From an uncultured Chthonomonadaceae bacterium (GTDB taxonomy: Bacteria; Armatimonadota; Chthonomonadetes; Chthonomonadales; Chthonomonadaceae): a stretch of 64,000 bases of DNA. The position numbers and the translations under genes are program-made. Below are positions 60,849 to 64,000 of this stretch, one piece after another (position 1 is the stretch's first letter; each line of letters opens with the position of its first letter). The DNA is taken from NCBI GenBank assembly GCA_963817895.1, contig CAWFQB010000001.1:512001-576000 (forward strand). Reading direction: 5' to 3'. Under the pieces are notes generated by a model, which worked only from the letters and a program-made list of their open reading frames with translations, did no database searches and was not told the origin of the DNA.

Positions 60849-61271
60849 ATGAGACGATTCCAGACGATTCTCGCGCTGTCCGTACTGATGGCGTCCCTTC
60901 CCATGTTCGGGAGCGCGCAAAAGGGGTATCGGCCCTTCAACGGACACAAAGACAAGGCGTATCTATCCAGCTACAACCGGGCCAAAGCCAGCGTACATAA
61001 GCGGTTTACAGCGGAACAGCGAACGCGCATTGCCGGGGAACTGACAAAGTCCGAGAGCCGCGCCGCAGACGCCGCGAAACATCAGGTTCCGGTGACGTCG
61101 AAGATAGGCACGGCAGCCGCCAACAAACAGCAGGATCGGCAGAGCCACCTGAGCATGCGCCTGAGCCGACAATATCAGGCTCAGGTACGCGCCCGCTACC
61201 ACCTGACCCCCGATGAAGCGGTCGTCATCAATCGCGAGGCCATAGATAAAGGCGTCAGGACAGGCCAGTAG
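60849..61271 (+). CDS. Hypothetical exported protein
   Basis: AAGGAG RBS; signal peptide; basic mature region. Confidence 0.65.
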   Translation: MRRFQTILALSVLMASLPMFGSAQKGYRPFNGHKDKAYLSSYNRAKASVHKRFTAEQRTRIAGELTKSESRAADAAKHQVPVTSKIGTAAANKQQDRQSHLSMRLSRQYQAQVRARYHLTPDEAVVINREAIDKGVRTGQ

Positions 61272-62178
61272 ACGCCGGCAGCGCGTTGTCATTCGCTGCT
61301 TCCATGCTGACGCTGCGCGCCGGCTGTTCGGTTTCGAGATTGGGATGAGAACTTCCGGCAGGTCGCAATAGAGTTCGCGCAGGGGCCGCATCCGGCATGG
61401 TTGCCCGCAGAGAGGTTCGGGCGGTTACGGCCTGTTTCGTGCGGGCCTCTATTGCCAGCAGGCAGGCGTTGGCGGCGTGTTCAATGCGCGGCGCATCGGC
61501 CATCCAGACGGGACACGATAGCAGGCGGCGGACGACCCGACGGGAACGGGGAACGCCGACCTGCTCAAACGCGGCTAAAATCGCCAGTATCAGGTTTGCG
61601 TTCGTGCCGCGCAAAACTCGACATAACGCCCTGTGCTGCGCCCGCGAAAGCAAATTTTTGTCCCTCAAATGCGGCAGTGTTTCCACAAGAATCACCTGCG
61701 CGAGACAGGAGGCATCGCGGTCCCCGTAGCGCATGACATCCACGAAAACGTTTACGCGCTCCACAGGCGGAGCCTCCTGCAATAAAAACAGCAGGTTCCG
61801 TATCCGCCGTTGCTTTACGCTGTGCGCCAGACAGTGGCGCGTTAATAGCCGCGTCATCAGCAGGAACAGCGCAAAGAACAGCAGACCAATCCCATTCTGA
61901 ACAGGCCAGCCGAGGAGTAAACGGCCATGCGCGAGTATCAACAACGCGAGGGTCGTTATCAACAGCCATGCCCGCCGCCTGTGGCTTTCCCGAAAGCCCT
62001 GAATGTCGAGTACCAGCAACCCCGTCAGGAATTCGGCGGCAGGCAACCCTTTCGTATCCAGAATTGCCAGCGCGCGCCACAATCTGCGCCGGCTGTCGCT
62101 TTCCAGACAGGCATAAAGTTCATAAGCCGTTTGTCGCGTGAAGCGAGACTCCGGTTCCTCCCTCGTCGCAGGTATCAT
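61255..62178 (-). CDS. Hypothetical 2-TM protein, triple-LLR family (degenerate tail)
   Basis: TM hairpin; ILAAFEQVG; AANACLLAI; TSLRA...TLLRPA...ETEQPAR. Confidence 0.7.
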   Translation of the reverse strand: MIPATREEPESRFTRQTAYELYACLESDSRRRLWRALAILDTKGLPAAEFLTGLLVLDIQGFRESHRRRAWLLITTLALLILAHGRLLLGWPVQNGIGLLFFALFLLMTRLLTRHCLAHSVKQRRIRNLLFLLQEAPPVERVNVFVDVMRYGDRDASCLAQVILVETLPHLRDKNLLSRAQHRALCRVLRGTNANLILAILAAFEQVGVPRSRRVVRRLLSCPVWMADAPRIEHAANACLLAIEARTKQAVTARTSLRATMPDAAPARTLLRPAGSSHPNLETEQPARSVSMEAANDNALPASTGLS

Positions 62179-62242
62179 TTGTTTGCCTTTTGTTTGAATA
62201 CCCGCCCCGACTGCTGAAGCAAAACCGCGCCCCAAAGCAAAA

Positions 62243-62310
62243 GGAGGCCGGAAGCGGCGCGTTCCACCGGCACATTCTGTGCGCGGCGTCTGCAATCCAC
62301 TTCCGGCCTC
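62243..62310. repeat. GGAGGCCGGAAG...CTTCCGGCCTCC hairpin; second copy at 63040-63110
   Basis: 12-bp arms; the two copies flank the DUF1003 gene. Confidence 0.72.
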
Positions 62311-62404
62311 CCCTGCGACAAACCGCGAGTTTGTGTCTCGCGTCCTTCACATCAGCAGCCGAAATCGTTGTATTCCATTCTTGTGATAGGGATATTATAC
62401 CCTA

Positions 62405-62989
62405 TCAGGATTCACAAACCGAAGCCGCTTCCAGACTGGTTTCCAGAGCCGCAAGCACCTCGCCGGCATTGATGGTTTCGGAGAGCGCGTCCGCTTCAGG
62501 ATCGGGACGGTTTTGCACGGTCGGCATATCGCGGCGCAGTTCTTCCAGCAGCGCGATAATTTTCGCGGTGCGCTGGTCGTTGAGCATGTTGATTTGCAAA
62601 TCCAGTTGCTGCCGTCGTTCGGCAAGCTTGCCCTGACGGTTCTGCGTAATCAAGACAACCGTTGCCATCAGCAGCGCGCCCACGTTGACGATGCTGATCA
62701 GCAGGTTGAACGGCGCGGGGTCGAAAGTGGGCGCGTGGAAACGCGGCGCGAAAACATTGACCAGCACCCACGCGATCATCAAAAACATCAGCAGGTACAG
62801 GAAGCGGGGTCGGCCCAGCCATGCGGTTATTTTTTCCGCCACGCGCTGATGGCGGTCCACGTCATGCTCGGCCCGCGCCCGCAGTTCCGCGACGGTCGCG
62901 ATATTCTGGCTGATGGGGTCAAGCGGCGCGGGCGGCGAGATTTCTTCAACACTGTTTAACGCCTGTTGCGATGTTTGTGTAGTCTGCAT
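62405..62989 (-). CDS. DUF1003 membrane protein
   Basis: FDPAPFNLL...VVLITQNR...DLQIN. Confidence 0.88.
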   Translation of the reverse strand: MQTTQTSQQALNSVEEISPPAPLDPISQNIATVAELRARAEHDVDRHQRVAEKITAWLGRPRFLYLLMFLMIAWVLVNVFAPRFHAPTFDPAPFNLLISIVNVGALLMATVVLITQNRQGKLAERRQQLDLQINMLNDQRTAKIIALLEELRRDMPTVQNRPDPEADALSETINAGEVLAALETSLEAASVCES

Positions 62990-63515
62990 GGACAATGTTC
63001 TGCTCTTCCCGTATCTTCCCGAATTTTGCTCAAAACAAAGGAGGCCGGAAGCGGCGCGCGTTCAACCGGCGCGTTTCGCGCGCGGTATCCGCGTTTTGCT
63101 TCCGGCCTCCCTGACGACCAACAGCAAGCCTGCACCCCGCTGTTCTTCGTCCCGGCAACCGAAATTGTTATGGTGTTCCCACGCTATTGTAGCATGTTTG
63201 CTTTCCGGGCGCAGGCCATCTTTTGAAAAATACGCGCCCTCTCCGACGCTTCGCAACCTGATGCTTCGCAGAATGTCCGCGTCTGTTGTGGCGACGCGCC
63301 CTTGCTTTGCCGCGAAATACCTGTTTTGCTGAATTGCCGGTAAAAATATTCGCGTGTCGGCAGGAGTTTGCCCGCAAAACGCGAATCTAAATCCTGTTGC
63401 CTGACCGTTTGTTGTGTTTTCGCTTTTTAACGCGAAGAGTATTGCCCTCCCACGCTATGTATCTCAACCATCTATCCTGTTTCTGATTTAACTGTTTCCA
63501 AGGAGAAGAACACCT

Positions 63516-64000
63516 ATGAAGCCCATACGCCTCCGCCCTGTCGCCCTGTCCGGTTTGTCCCTGTTTTCCATTCTCATTGCCGCGCCCTATGTTTGCGCGC
63601 AAGCGCCTCGCCGCTTCTGTTCCCGCCGGACTGAAAAAGACCGCCAAATCCGCGCCCAAATCGCCTAATGTGAAATCCGGCGAGATCGTGGCCCTGAGCG
63701 CGGACGAGGGAACCATACAGATCAAAGACAAACTGGGCAAGACCGCCGAGTACGCGCTGACGGAAAAGACGCGGTTCCTGAAAGGCAAGCAGGAGGCCGA
63801 AGTCAGCGCGTTCAAGCCGGGGGAGGCGGTTGTCGTGCATATCCGCAAGGCGCGGGACGGGGGCGATGCGCAGGCGACGGAAGTGGCGGATAAAGCGTCG
63901 TGGGCATGGCTGGAAGATGTCAAGCGCAACATGGCGGAGGGCGTGATTACCTCGCTGGAAGATGAAGAATTGGTTGTTACGATTGGCGCGGAAAAGATTC
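63516..64000 (+). CDS. Hypothetical exported protein, 3'-partial (indel(s) near 63585-63610)
   Basis: AAGGAG RBS and signal peptide; beta-rich coding frame (GEIVAL...YALTEKTRF...FKPGEAVVV) continues in another frame. Confidence 0.55.

Overview
GC-rich bacterial chromosomal window, most likely from the phylum Armatimonadota (inferred from the DUF1559/H-X9-DG prepilin-like gene, the many Gfo/Idh/MocA genes and the repeat style). No rRNA, tRNA or CRISPR array was seen. 1-12.7 kb is accessory/defence-like: an IS3-family element that truncates a probable ankyrin gene, a RES-Xre toxin-antitoxin (TA) pair, a stand-alone PolX N-terminal domain, and two AAA_35 STAND-like NTPases (one with WD40 repeats, one with a class III cyclase domain) that bracket a RelE-Phd / MazF / HNH cluster. 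The middle holds a KimA-like permease divergent from a DUF4118 kinase and NarL regulator, oxidoreductases, an intact tnpB-only IS200/IS605 element, a decayed second tnpB, and an ArsR-SRPBCC-clpP operon. At 44.3-49 kb a BfiI-like restriction-modification (R-M) cassette (PLD nuclease plus two TSPPY methyltransferases) sits between 168-bp direct repeats that copy a neighbouring gene's promoter, RBS and first codons. At 54-60 kb is a six-gene operon with a binding-protein/OmpA fusion and an ABC transporter. The most unusual signal is five dispersed, otherwise divergent membrane proteins that share a C-terminal triple 'LLR[AP]' motif. Several families of palindromic and 7-9-nt tandem repeats fill intergenic gaps, and one is inserted in frame in an M28 peptidase. 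About seven genes carry single frameshifts or stops, probably consensus errors. All calls come from motif reading only; no database search was run.
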